Assembly: GCF_009914755.1 (NCBI RefSeq)
Contig: NC_060932.1
DNA length: 64,000 nucleotides
Strand: one strand, 5' to 3'
Source: the human T2T-CHM13v2.0 reference genome, Homo sapiens
The first letter of the stretch is position 1. Every line of letters starts with the position of its first letter. Below are positions 1 to 11,900 of the stretch, piece after piece. Under the pieces are notes generated by a model. The model was given only the letters and a program-made list of their open reading frames with translations. It made no database searches and was not told the origin of the DNA. Made by a program: the position numbers and the translations under genes.

Positions 1-305
1 GTACAAATGGAAGGAAAGTAAAGATGAAATTTTGTCTCCTTGGCTAGCTGTTCTATAAAAGTCTGTGGGATCTGCAAGCCCTGTGATCAGTGAAACCCTT
101 GTGCCTTTGACACTGGGACATGTCATGGTAGGAGGGGTGAGTAAATTTTCCTTTACTTGGATTTAGCTTGAGTATCTTTCCTGAGGGCTCCAATTGCCTT
201 TGGCTTGTGAAAATTTTCCTGAGTTCTACAAATTAATATGTGGGAATGCCAAAGTTTGTGTGTGTGGGAGTGAGGGTGGTGTCAAATGGAATGAAAAAGT
301 GAAGA

Positions 306-697
306 TGTAATAGTTCGTTTTCACACTGCTATAAAGAACTACCCAAGACTGGGTAATTTATGAAAAAAAAAAAAAAGAGGTTTAATTGACTCACAGCTCA
401 CCATGGCTGGGGAAGCTTCAGGAAACTTAGAATCATGGCTGAAGACGAACGGGGAACAAGGGACCTTCTTCACAAGGTGGCAGGAAGAATGATGAATGCA
501 GGAGGAACTACCAAACAATCATAAAACCATCAGATGTCGTGAGTGAGCTCTTATGACAACACGAACAGCATGGGGGAAACTGCTTCCATGATCCAATTAT
601 CTCCACCTCGTCTCTCCCTTGACATCTGGGCATTATGGGGATTATGGGGTTACAATCAAAATGAGATTTTGGGTTGGGACACAGCCAAACCATATCA
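306..697 (-). mobile_element. THE1 (THE1D-like) solo MaLR LTR
   Basis: Ends in GGGACACAGCCAAACCATATCA (reverse complement of the THE1 LTR start TGATATGGTTTGGCTGTG). TG...CA termini; 5-bp TSD GAAGA/GAAGG. Confidence 0.9.
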
Positions 698-2189
698 GAA
701 GGGTAAGTCAGTTTCGTATCACAAAATGATATGTGCTTAAACTGAAAGTCTTAATTATTTAAAAAAACTTATTTCAGTAAATATTTGCAGAATAATTTGT
801 ATATGTAAGCTACTATGCTAGAATGTGTAGGACATAAAAATTTAGATATAGACTCTGCCTTTACAGAACTTTCTTATAGTAAGAGTTACCAAACCCACTG
901 CAAAGTCTGAAATGTCATGTAAAAGTAATTTGAAAGTGCTGAAAAAATATAGATTATTTTTGATTGGTGAAGATCATGGAAAAATTAGTTAAGATAATAT
1001 TAAAAGATATATTGAATTTAAATTGACAGAATTTGGGGAAACATCTCAAACCCTTAGAATAATATGTGAACTGGGTAAGTTCAGGATGTATTTGGAAATT
1101 CAAAAGAACCTGTTTTAACTGGTGCTTCAGATCATTGATGGAAGTTAGTGCAAATTTTTCTGGAAAGTTTGGTCAGGACCAGTGGGTGCAGAGATTTGAA
1201 ATCCAGATTTAAGAGTCTGACATTTTTTTTAATCACTTGAACTTTTTCACGGAGAAACTGTGCCCTGTTTATCTTTCTATTCATCAAACATTGCCGCAGA
1301 ATAAACACTCAATAAATATTTGTGCAAAAATAAATTACTAATGACATAATAGCTGCACATCTGAAATGACTGTGTCTGTGTTTACATGCACTTATGTAGA
1401 GTTTTCCCCGGAAAATTTATTTACATTTTTCAAAACCAATTATATGGAAATGAATGAATGAATGAGATATTGCATATAATTTCACTGTAGACTAAATTAG
1501 AAGATATTTTTTCCCTTTTATAACCAGGAGCATAACTAAGGATACCACTTAGCAAAATTATTATGATTATGAGTAAGGTTTCATTTAAAAATATTTTGAA
1601 AGGCATAGACAGAGTATCATGAAATAATCTGGGTGATTGTAAAATAAACAATTTGCACAATTACAGGTCCACCGAAGGCCAGAGCTGCAAAGGGTATGTC
1701 TGATTGCTGGTGAAGGGTATAATTATCTCTGAGGTTGGGAAGGGTTATATGTGCTGGCTTGTTTGCCAACATCTGTCAGCTGTTTCTGTGTACCACATTT
1801 TCTGTTCTAGTTTTGAGTCTTAATATAAAGTCTTCAAATATTCCTGGCAAGAGTAGAGTTATGTATATGCAAAAATATATTCAGGTTTGTCTCTTAACAT
1901 ATGTTCTTACACAGAGAATAACATTTCTACTTTCTGAACAACATTTTTAATTTTCTAGCAGAAACCTGTATTTTGCTACCTATTTTCATTAATTCAAGTT
2001 GTGTTCTTATATCGAATAGCAGGTAAGGGGCTTCCTATGTACCAACTGAGAGTGATTTACATTAAAAGACATTCCAGACATAAAATCATTTCTGAAGGTT
2101 ATACTTCCTGTCCTGAGGACTTTTAGAGTAATTTTGGCACTACTTGATGTCCTTATCTTGGCTGTATCCTTAAAATAGTAGGCTCTCAT

Positions 2190-2340
2190 GCAGCTGTGGT
2201 AGAGCAAGTGAACTGGACTTAGGTAACAGAAATTTGTCTGAATCAGGGCAATGTTATTTATTGACTTTGTAACTTTCAACAAATGAGTTAACCTCTTTGT
2301 GTCTCAATTCACTTTTCTTATTCTAAGGGCCTTAAATGAA
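2190..2340 (+). mobile_element. MIR SINE fragment
   Basis: Degenerate MIR core: GAGTTAACCTCTTTGTGTCTCAATTCAC. Boundaries approximate. Confidence 0.55.
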
Positions 2341-2349
2341 TTAACTTAT

Positions 2350-2510
2350 TTAATTCTCAGACAACTCTAGGGAATGGTACCACAACGGTCATGCTCACTT
2401 TCTAAATTAGGAAACTGAAGTAGAAAGAGGTTAAGTAATTTACCCAGACAGGTGAATGCAAGCATAAGAATTGAATCGGGCTTCTGTCCCCTGATCCATA
2501 ACTTTACCCA
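2350..2510 (-). mobile_element. MIR SINE fragment
   Basis: AGGAAACTGAAGTAGAAAGAGGTTAAGTAATTTACCCA matches the reverse complement of the MIR core. Confidence 0.7.
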
Positions 2511-2584
2511 CGTTCTTCTGTGTCTCGCTAATATTATCTATTTTATTATTTTGAGGATTAAATGAGATAATTTCTGGCCATGGC

Positions 2585-2726
2585 AGATATTTATTATATT
2601 GGTTTAATATACTTATTAAACAAATATAACCACGATATAAATATAATATATTCATTAAACCAATATAAAATATTAAACCAAGATTTTATATTGGTTTAAT
2701 AAATATACTGATAAGATATTTATTAT
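2585..2726. repeat. AT-rich insertion with perfect 18-bp inverted repeat, flanked by 13-bp direct repeats
   Basis: ATTAAACCAATATAAAAT (2654-2671) and ATTTTATATTGGTTTAAT (2683-2700) are exact reverse complements. AGATATTTATTAT occurs at 2585-2597 and 2714-2726. Confidence 0.9.
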
Positions 2727-4429
2727 TTTGGATATTTATTAGTTTTTTTACTCTTGAGTATAAACTTTGGAGAATTCGAGATTTTTTTTAAAGTTAATTT
2801 TTTTACAACAAAAATTATTCTTGATAAACTTGCTGAGAAAAAGATTGCGTGAATCATCTGGTCAGTAAATGCAATTAGAAAATGTTCAGGTGGTTGGTAG
2901 AGCCCCACTTTCAGCATGAATTGCTTTATAGAGCATTAGGTCACAGATTATTGAATCTTATAATTACAGAAGAAAATTTATGCAGGATTTCATTGTTTTT
3001 GACTACTTAAATTCCAGTTACCACTGGCTATGCCTGGAGTTGAAGGGTCATACTTAAGAGCAAAGACACTTTGACAAAATGAAGACCCACTTAATTACTT
3101 AATGGGACTGCAAAATACCAGGTGCAGCCATAAAATGCTAAAAGTTCATAGCAGGAAAACCTTTTGGTGTTACAAATTTTCATCAACATCGTCATGGAGA
3201 TATTAACATATGCCTTCTAAAACCAGGTCAGAAATTACATCATGCCTGGTTTGTGGCCAGTTGTTGGCAGGCTAGGAGTAACTCTAGAGCGTTAGGCAAC
3301 AGACACTTGTCATACTCAAAGCATCTTTTCTCTGTGTGATTGCATAAGCTATCTAACTGGAAAGGTACGACTCCTGAAGCTGCATTGGCTTGGTTTTCCC
3401 AGTGAAAATTTAAAATAGGCAAAAATGTTTGCTACAAACATCAGTTTGTGGATATTTAAAACTTATTTGCTATTTAAAGAACAAATTATTTTGTGAAAAA
3501 AAGAACTGTCATTTCTAGATGAGACTATTTGGATAAAACTGCCTTTAAGCAAGTTGGATAGTAACAGGAAAATATTTCAGGGACAAATAGAAATAAAAAA
3601 GGAGTTTTGGACTACTGAATTTAGAGTTCTTGTTGGGTATCTACACGAAAATTCTAGAAGATATCTAGACATACAGTTCTTGAACTTGGAAACAGCTTAT
3701 TTGGTGTCTGAAGCCTGGGGGCCGAAGTAGCCACATGTACGTAGTGTTGTTTATCAGGTGTTCAATAAGGTGGAGGATTGTGGTGGTGGGGTTTACTTGT
3801 GGTCCTCTTCCTTTATCTGTTTGTCTCATCAGTAATTTAGATGAGCACAGATAACATGGGTGAGTTTCTCAGGATTTCAAATATCATAAAAATGCGTGGC
3901 ATAATTAATATATGACAAAATCAGAATTCAGTAAATTTTGACTAGAATCAGTGTCAACAAAGTGAAAATTTAAAGGAATAGATATTAAATTCTACATTTA
4001 CATTGAAACAGTAAATACAGTCCTGCAGAAAGATTAGTGAAGCCACACTTTAAAGTGCTTAGTTGAAGATGAACTAGGTGTTCTTTTGATTACTTTTTTT
4101 TTTCTCACAAGTGGCTTCTACAACTCCTCCTCCTTGCCCAAATAAACAAGTTGCAGTATTTGATTGTATCAAAAAAAGGCATTCTTTCTATAATTTATGT
4201 CTGGGACTTTGCATATTGTTTCTAATTCTCATTCTTAAGATTGTAATACAGTCAGAGAAATTACAGTAGTTTTAATGGTTGGAAAGTAGATTATTTGCTG
4301 TAAAGATGATATATAGATGTTTTAAGAATTTTTTTACCAGGGTGATATTGGGTGCATATAATTCAACGATTGTTACTGTATTGCCTTTCCCCACAGTCAC
4401 TTTTTAACATTTTCCCGCAAACTCATTCA

Positions 4430-4720
4430 CATCATTGTCTTTGAAAGTTCAGGTCTAGAGATACCTCCTCTGTGAGGACTTCCTTAATATTCCCAGGTGT
4501 GAACCAATCCCTCTTTTGTGTTCTCTTTGTGTTTCTGTTCTATCTTTATTGTTTTAGGACTTACCATATTGAAAGACATTAATTTATTGATACTTGCGTC
4601 TGTCTCCTCTAGACTGCAAGGGATGTGAGAACTCAGACCTCATCTTACTAACATGTTATTTATGTCTGTGGCCTAAGTCTTAGCTCATTTCTGACAATAT
4701 GCTTTTGTACCAAATTGAAC
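4430..4720 (+). mobile_element. L2 LINE 3' fragment
   Basis: ACCTCCTCTGTGAGGACTTCCTT...TCTGTCTCCTCTAGACTGCAAG resembles the L2 3' region. Confidence 0.55.
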
Positions 4721-4997
4721 TGGGGGCATAATAGAAATGTTCCATCGTTCTCTGGAGGAAAGAAATAGGGCCAGAGGGCAGAAGTGACAAGGACACAGAT
4801 TATTTAAGCTCATTACTAATAATTAGAGCTGTCTGAAAATGAAATGACCCGCCTTTACAATGTAGGTCAAGCACAAGGTGAATGATAATGCAGAAGAAAT
4901 GTTGCATAGCCTGACCTCTAAATTCCCCTCCAACTTCTGTATTCCATGCCTTACATTTTTCTCTTGTGTTATTAACTACCCTCACAGGTAGTCTTCA

Positions 4998-5165
4998 AAA
5001 GCACTTTCATATATGTTATCTCATTTATTTGAACAAATTTCCTGTGATGTATGTAGGGACAGGTATTATCATTCTAATTGTTCAGTAAAATGAGGCATAA
5101 AGAAGTTAAGCGACTTGAACAGGGATACTCAGCATTAAATGTGAGACCAGAATACAATCTTCCTC
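4998..5165 (-). mobile_element. MIR SINE fragment
   Basis: AGCACTTTCATATATGTTATCTCATTTA...TGAGGCATAAAGAAGTTAAGCGACTTG. Confidence 0.7.
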
Positions 5166-5759
5166 ATGGCAGTTTAGTAATTTTTTTAGATGAACTATCT
5201 GAAATTATCAAGTTTGCACATTTTGGGGGACATAGTGATTCAAATATTCATTAAATAATATGTTTTTCCTGATTATGCTTGTATACAGCCTTGTGTTTTT
5301 GTGATCAAACTACTGTTTATCTTTTTATCCCACCTTTAATTTTCATACTTACTGATGATTCTCAACAGCCAGAAAAACAACAGAAAAGTGTATAATATAA
5401 AACTTAGTGCCTAAAAAAAGCAGTGATAACATGCTGTGTGTTTCAGCAGTCTGGTTGTGTGATGGAAGCTCATGAATACACACACTGCGTTCCCTTTCAG
5501 GATCCCCAAGAACGGAGACCAGGCTGTTGCAATTTGCTCATCTGATTTAGCAGGGATATCTGAGTTCACTGTATTCCCTGGAAAGGCTAAAGATACAGAA
5601 GAGTCATTCTGGCTTGCATTAAAAACTGACTGTGTATTTTATTTTATTATGGTCTATCTGGGTCTGGTCTGGCAGCTATACAAGAAGGATTGCACTTACA
5701 AGTTAGATATTTCCTGAAGAAGAGTTAAGACCATGTGAGAAAAGTTAACCGATTATTTC

Positions 5760-6310
5760 TGATACTTTTTTCTGTAAAAGAAACCACATTAGCCCCAGAA
5801 ACATGCAATTTACCCATGAAACAAAGCTGCACATGTGCCTCCAGAACCTAAAATAAAAGTTGGAAGAAAAAAATAGAAACTGCCTTAAAATTTAGTGGCT
5901 TAACACACTGGCAATTATTTTTTCTCATGATGATGTGTATTTATTGTTCCTGTCCCAGGAACAAGACCACTTAGAGTGGTCTCAGGTGTGATCGCTCATG
6001 CAGCTACAAGTCAGCTGGTGGTCGGGCTGTGGTGTCAGCTGAAGCCCCTTAGTTCTCCTCTATGTGGCCTGCTCAGACAGCTAGTTTGTGCCAAGTTCTC
6101 AGAGAGAGAACATGGAAGCTGCCAGCCTGATTAAGGCTCAGACTCTGAAGTACAGGAATGTCACTTTAGTCACGTTCTCTTGATCACAGCAAGTCAAGTC
6201 ACTAGCCCAGCTCAAATTAAAGAGGAGAAGTTGCCTTTTGAAGAGAGGAGCAATATGCATGAAAGGGATAAGGAGAATTGATGGTGGCCACTGTTGGTGA
6301 CCATAGTTGC
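5760..6310 (-). mobile_element. Old MLT1 (J/K/L-like) MaLR LTR, interrupted by a short L1 3' end
   Basis: AAACCAC/CTTAAAATTTAGTGGCTTAA...AAGTCACTAGCCCAGCTCAAATTAAAG typical of old MLT1 LTRs. Confidence 0.55.
5788..5873 (+). mobile_element. Extremely 5'-truncated L1PA/L1PB 3' terminus (about 85 bp)
   Basis: CATGCAATTTACCCATGAAACAAAGCTGCACATGTGCCTCCAGAACCTAAAATAAAAGTTG plus A-rich tail; degenerate TSD AGAAACCAC/AGAAACTGC. Confidence 0.8.
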
Positions 6311-6876
6311 ATGTAGCCTATTACCATGACCTACTAGGAAAACAGTAACATTCAGAAAGATGTGAGTTCTGGAATAGCATTGCTAATTTTCAAGATCATA
6401 GAACCAGTTACCTAAAAATCATATGAATGGTGTTTCTCCTCTATATGTTGATTAAAAGCCCTAAAACACCAAATTTCTTGGAGTAAACCAATTTGTGATT
6501 AATTCTGTTGTTACAGTTATGCTTTACTATTTATGTAGCAATTTTTGTAATTTTGAGTGTGATAAACATTTTCTGATAAGTGGCAGATGACAATTTTGGG
6601 ATCTTGAATTTTTATGATCTATATATTTATTGTTTAACCGTTTTTGCTGCCTTAAGATACTTAATTATGTTTAAATATGGTTTGTCCCACTAACTTTGTG
6701 TAACTACAGTAGTTATTTACAGGTTTTTTTTTTTTATAATTTACTCTTTGATTAATTCCTAAGTTTTATTCAGGTGGAATTAATTTTTAAGATTCCTTTA
6801 AAAATATCTGATTTAGTTATAAATTATCTCAGCAAAATCATGAATTGCATTTGCTTTTACCACTTCTTATCAATAT

Positions 6877-7236
6877 TGATAGAGTTTGGCTGTGTCGCCA
6901 CAAAAATCTCATCTTTAATTGTAGTTCCCATAATCCCCACGTGTGGTGGAAGGGACCAGGTGGAGATAATAGAATCATGGGGGCGGTTTCTCCCATCCTT
7001 TCCTCCTTATAGTAAGTTCTGAGGAGATCTGGTGGTTTTACAATGGACTTCTCCCTTTTGCACTGCACTTCTCCTTGCATCTACCATATGAAGAAGGACA
7101 TGTTTGCTTCCCCTTCTGCCATGATTATATGTTTCCTAAGGCCTCCCCAGCCCTGCAAAACCGTGAGTCAATTAAACCTCTTTCCTTACCCAGTCTCAGG
7201 CCGTTCTTTATAGCAGCATGAGAATGGACTGATATA
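6877..7236 (+). mobile_element. THE1 (THE1C/D-like) solo LTR
   Basis: Starts TGATAGAGTTTGGCTGTGTCGCC, ends GAGAATGGACTGATATA; perfect 5-bp TSD AATAT (6872-6876, 7237-7241). Confidence 0.92.
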
Positions 7237-8299
7237 AATATTTAACAAATGTTCAGTTTTTTTTCTATAGAACACTATTTTGAAATCTGAATATATGGCT
7301 TTCAATATGAATCCAAATCATCTGAGCTTGCTTTTATTAATTTTACCTTGATTTATTCATTTTCTAGACAATCAATGCATGCAAATTTTATTTTTAATAT
7401 GTTTTATTACTTTATTTGTGATATGGAATTAGAATAGCAATCTTAGTGTTTTTAAGATGTATATCTTAAAAACTTTAAGCTGCATTTTTGAAGTTCATCA
7501 CATTAATTCAGATTTCATAATTTAAAAAAATAAAATTCACTATTGCTCAATTGCCTTGCAATAGACTTCACATAATAAAGACACTTGACAGAGGAAATTT
7601 TGTGTCATCACTTATTAAACTCAAAGTTATATAAAAAATGTTCTTCTACATCACTACCATACTCAGAATATTCTCATGGCAATAAATTCAGCTCTGTTCT
7701 GTTGATAGAAATTTGTATGACACCAGTGAATGTGGAGTCATGGTTCCAGAACAGGGATTTTTGATATGTTTTCTGTTGGTAGATGTTATTAATTTTAGTG
7801 TTTAAAGCCTAGTCCTCTGATTTAACATTTCATTCTGGCAACTGTGTTATTTCACGAGTGGAAAAATATAGTGCACTTTTTTTAAAATCATGGTTTTTAT
7901 ATGCATAAGAGTGTTTGTTCTGATTCACAATGGAAACTCAAAATAACATTTCAAGTTTCCTTATGTGCAAAGACTATTTACAAATCTAAACTGAAAACAG
8001 ACAATCTTTCAATGTGTTATCAAAATGTTTATAGTTTCTTTTTCTGGAGATGCCAAATGATAATTATTGAATAAAATTCTAATCTGTTGAGCATTTCTGT
8101 AAATAAAAAGTGAATAAAACTATGATTTGTTGTTTTTTATAAATGTTTTATAATGAATGATAATACATTTACATATAATTTAACAAATTGTCCTATCCTG
8201 TTCTGTAAAATAACTGGCCTGAATTACTTTTATAGACTTTTGATACATAGAAATAATGTTTTTACATTCTTAGGTGAATTATATAGAATATTCTGCAAC

Positions 8300-8560
8300 T
8301 AGAGTTGTCCAACCTGTTGGTGATCTATTAATGGGTCATGAAATCAACTTTGTTGGTTAAACTTGGCATTACCAAAAAGGAATCAAATTGACTAAAATAG
8401 ATCAGAGTGAAGAATAGTAGAATACATAGGTGTGCAGTAAAGAGTAGATTTTATTTCATGAAGATTTTGTTTCACTTTTATACATCTATGTGTGGTTGGT
8501 CACTGTAAAATATGCCTCTAGCTAAGGGTAATGGTCAAATCAATTGGAAAGGTACCTGTT
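8300..8560. mobile_element. hAT-Charlie family non-autonomous DNA transposon remnant
   Basis: GGGTCATGAAATCAAC...TTTCATGAAGATTTTGTTTCAC...GGTCAAATCAATTGGAAAGGTACCTG resembles Charlie-group elements; exact family uncertain. Confidence 0.45.
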
Positions 8561-9202
8561 GAGAAGTGTCTCTAGTTTTTTAATAACAAGATTAAATTTC
8601 ATTATTGAACTAAGTCTAGTGTTTCTAGCTGTAATTTGATCAGCCACAGACTGTTTTAAAATATACTATCCTGACTTCTCCAAAATGCAATATATCAATG
8701 TAGCAAAATTCCACTTATACCTTATGAATATATGCAAATAAAATAAAGATTAGCTATTATTAATTGGGAAAAGTGTGAAATTTTGGTCTTCAAAGTTCTA
8801 AGTAAATATTTGCCTCCTGTATTAAATGCTTTCTTTGATACTAAAATGCCTGGGACTCATGTATTGATTTACCTCAAATTTCTCAGTTTATTACTCATAA
8901 CCATAGAACAGTTGTCTGTCATACTTGAAGTATTTTGACAGAAAACTTCCCATGTGTAAGAGTTAATGTGTTGACTTACACAACAGGAAGTGTTACAACA
9001 TTAAAAAATAGCAAGTTTCTATTACTTGTATGTTGTGACATGACAAGTTACTTTCAGAATGAGGTGAAGTATAATGTATAAAAAATCTATATAGTAAAAA
9101 TGCAAATTCCCTCATTCTGAATGCAATTTAAATAATTATTGTGGTTAAAAATCTGTAGTTGTTAACCAAAGGTTAATCTATTAGGTTAGTATTGAAGACG
9201 GA

Positions 9203-10232
9203 TTTTTTATTTTTTATTTTTCATTTTTATTTTTAGTGCTGGGGTACATGTGCAGGATGTGCAGGTTTGTTACATAGGTTAACGTGTGCCATAATGGTTT
9301 GCTGCACCTATGAACCCATCACCTCAGGTATTAAGCTCAGCATCTATTAGCTATTTCTCCTAATACTCTATCCTTCCCCGACCTCACCCCGACACAACAG
9401 GCCCAAGTGTGGGTTGTTCCTCTCCCTGTGTCCATGTGATCTCATTGTTCATCTCCCACTTATAAGTGAGAACATGTGGTGTTTGGTTTTCTATTCCTGC
9501 ATTAGTTTGTTGAGGATAATGGCTTCCAGCTTCATCCATGTCCCTGCAAAGGACATGATCTCATTCTTTTTTATGGTTGCATAGTATTCCATGGTATATA
9601 TGTACCACATTTTCTTTATCCATTCTATCATTGATGGGCATTTGGGTTGATTCCTTGTCCTTGCTATTGTGAATAGTGCTGCAGTGAACATATGCATGCA
9701 TGTATCTTTGTAATAGAATGATTTATATTCCTTTGGGTATGTATCCAATAATGGAATTGCTGGGTCAGATAGTATTTCTGGTGCTAGGTCCTTGAGGAAT
9801 TGCCACATTATCTTCCAAAATGGTTGAACTAATTTACACTCCCACTAACAGTGTAAAAGCATTCCTATTTCTCCACCACCTCACCAGCATCTGTTGTTTC
9901 TTGGCTTTTTAATAATGGCCATTCTGACTGGTGTGAGATGGTGTCTCATTGTGGTTTTTATTTGTATTTCTCTAATGATCAGTGATGTTGAGCTTTTTTC
10001 ATATGTTTCGTGGTTGCATGAATGTCACTTGAGATGTGTCTGTGTCCGTTGCCCACTTTTTAATGGTTTTTTTTTTTTTTTTTTGTAAATTTGTTTGAGT
10101 TCCTTGTAGATTCTGGATATTAGGCCTTTGTTGCATAAATAGATTTCAAAGATTTTCTCCTACTCTGTTAGTTGTCTGTTCACTCTGATGATAGTTTCTT
10201 TGGCTGTGCAGAAGCTCTTTAGTTTAATTAGA
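9203..10232 (-). mobile_element. 5'-truncated L1PA (roughly PA8-PA11) 3' end, about 1 kb
   Basis: T-rich tail then GGGGTACATGTGCAGGATGTGCAGGTTTGTTACATAGG. ORF 9491-9808 translates the ORF2p C-terminus (DPAIPLL...WIKKMWYIYTMEYY). GATTTTTT at both flanks. Confidence 0.92.
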
Positions 10233-10749
10233 TTTTTTAAATTCTTAGTAATTGATCAGTCATATAATTGTACCTTGGTTTAGTATACTGCTGAAACACC
10301 AAAGGTATGATTCTCTCTTCAAGAGACTAACATTTTAATTGAGGAGATAAAATTAAAACTCATGCAATATGTGAGCTCTTGAAATCAACAATGACTGATG
10401 TTTATATTTATAACTCTTATATCTTCAGTAGTTTCTTTAACAAAACCTCAGTATTGTTGAATGAATGGATTATTGAATGAATTGATTTACATGATGTAGG
10501 AAAACTGTGGTAATGTCTAAAATTTAACATGTAGTTAGAGAATGAAGGAGCTAATATGATCTCAAGTTGTTAGAAAAAGTATTAAAGGCAGTCAGATTAG
10601 ATCTGAATGCTAATGACTAGTCTGATGTGTTCTAGATTAGGGGGAACTGCATAAGCAAAAGTGCTGTCATGAGCTAGATGTGCTTGTAAAGCCTGCCCTA
10701 ATCTGCCTCTTTTCTTTTTCTAGAGAAAGATAATCTTTTTCATAGTCCT

Positions 10750-11340
10750 TGTTGGTGTACACATATTAACAGCCCCCTAAAGTTGTCTGTACCCTAATCC
10801 TCAGAACCTGTGAATGCCACCTTACATACAAAAGGTAATTTGAAGATCTGATTAAGGATATGGACGTTGAGATGGGTAAATTATCCTGGACTACACAGGT
10901 GGGCTCAGATGAATCACATGAGTCCTTAATGTAGATAATCTTTCCAGTTGTGGCCAGAAAGAGATACTATGACAGAGGGAAGAACAATTCCAACTGTGAG
11001 AGATACCCAACCTGCCGTTACTGGCTTTCTAGATGCAGGAAAGGGCCCTGAGGCAAGGAATGGTGGGTGGCATCTAAAAGCTGGGACAGGCCCTCAGCTG
11101 ACAGCCAGGAAGGAGACAGGGACCTCAGTGCTACACCCAGATGGAAGTGAATCCTACCAGTAACCTGATGATTAAGGAAAGTGGTGCTTCTCTAGAGCCA
11201 CCCGAAAGGAACACAGCCATGTGAAACTGATTTTAGCCTGATGAAACCAATGTCAGACTGTGATATACAGAACTGTAAAATAAAAAACTTGGATTGTTTA
11301 AAACACTAAATTTGTGGTTAATTTGCAATAGCAGCATATA
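10750..11340 (+). mobile_element. MLT1D/E-like MaLR solo LTR
   Basis: CCCTAATCCTCAGAACCTGTGAATG...GAGATGGGTAAATTATCCTGGA...CAGCCAGGAAGGAGACAGGGACCTCAG...CACTAAATTTGTGGTTAATTTG. Confidence 0.8.
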
Positions 11341-11399
11341 CCCCATCACAGTGATGGTTCAGGCAGCTGATAACTCTGTGATTGGTTTGATAGTACCAT

Positions 11400-11900
11400 C
11401 CTTTACCTAATCGTTCCTGAATCTGTCACTCACCACCTTCTATACACAAACCTATAATTTTTTATCAAGATGAGATATTGCAATATTTGAGTAGTTCCAA
11501 TTCTCATATTCATCCCTTTCTTTCCTTTCCTGTACCCACAGTCCTAATCCTGGGCTCATCACATCTTGACTTGCTAAGTACATGAGCCTCCTTTTAAATA
11601 AATTTTTTAAAACTCCTTTTGAACTTGTTGCTTCCCAAGTCAAGAACTTTAAATGATTCCTTGACGTTAATAGCCTCCTCTGTGGTATAGCTTTCAAGGT
11701 ACTCTGCAGCCTGGTTTCAACTTACATTTATTATGTCTCATATCTCAGTATATTTCTACAGAAATCATCTTACCTAGCCAACTTGGCTCCTTCAGAATTC
11801 CCCAAATATACCTCTTGGTTTTTTGCCAGTGTGATTTTTTTTTTTGCCTGTCTCATTCCTCTCACCTTCAATGTATTTACTTCCTGGCATACTTTGCGAA
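11400..11900 (+). mobile_element. L2 LINE fragment
   Basis: CATCACATCTTGACTTG...CAAGAACTTTAAATGATTCC...TTCAAGGTACTCTGCAGCCTGG are degenerate L2-like motifs. Confidence 0.5.

Noticed and set aside
9491-9808. 105-aa ORF resembling a real protein
   Set aside because: It is the C-terminal remnant of L1 ORF2p within a 1-kb truncated L1PA, not an independent gene.
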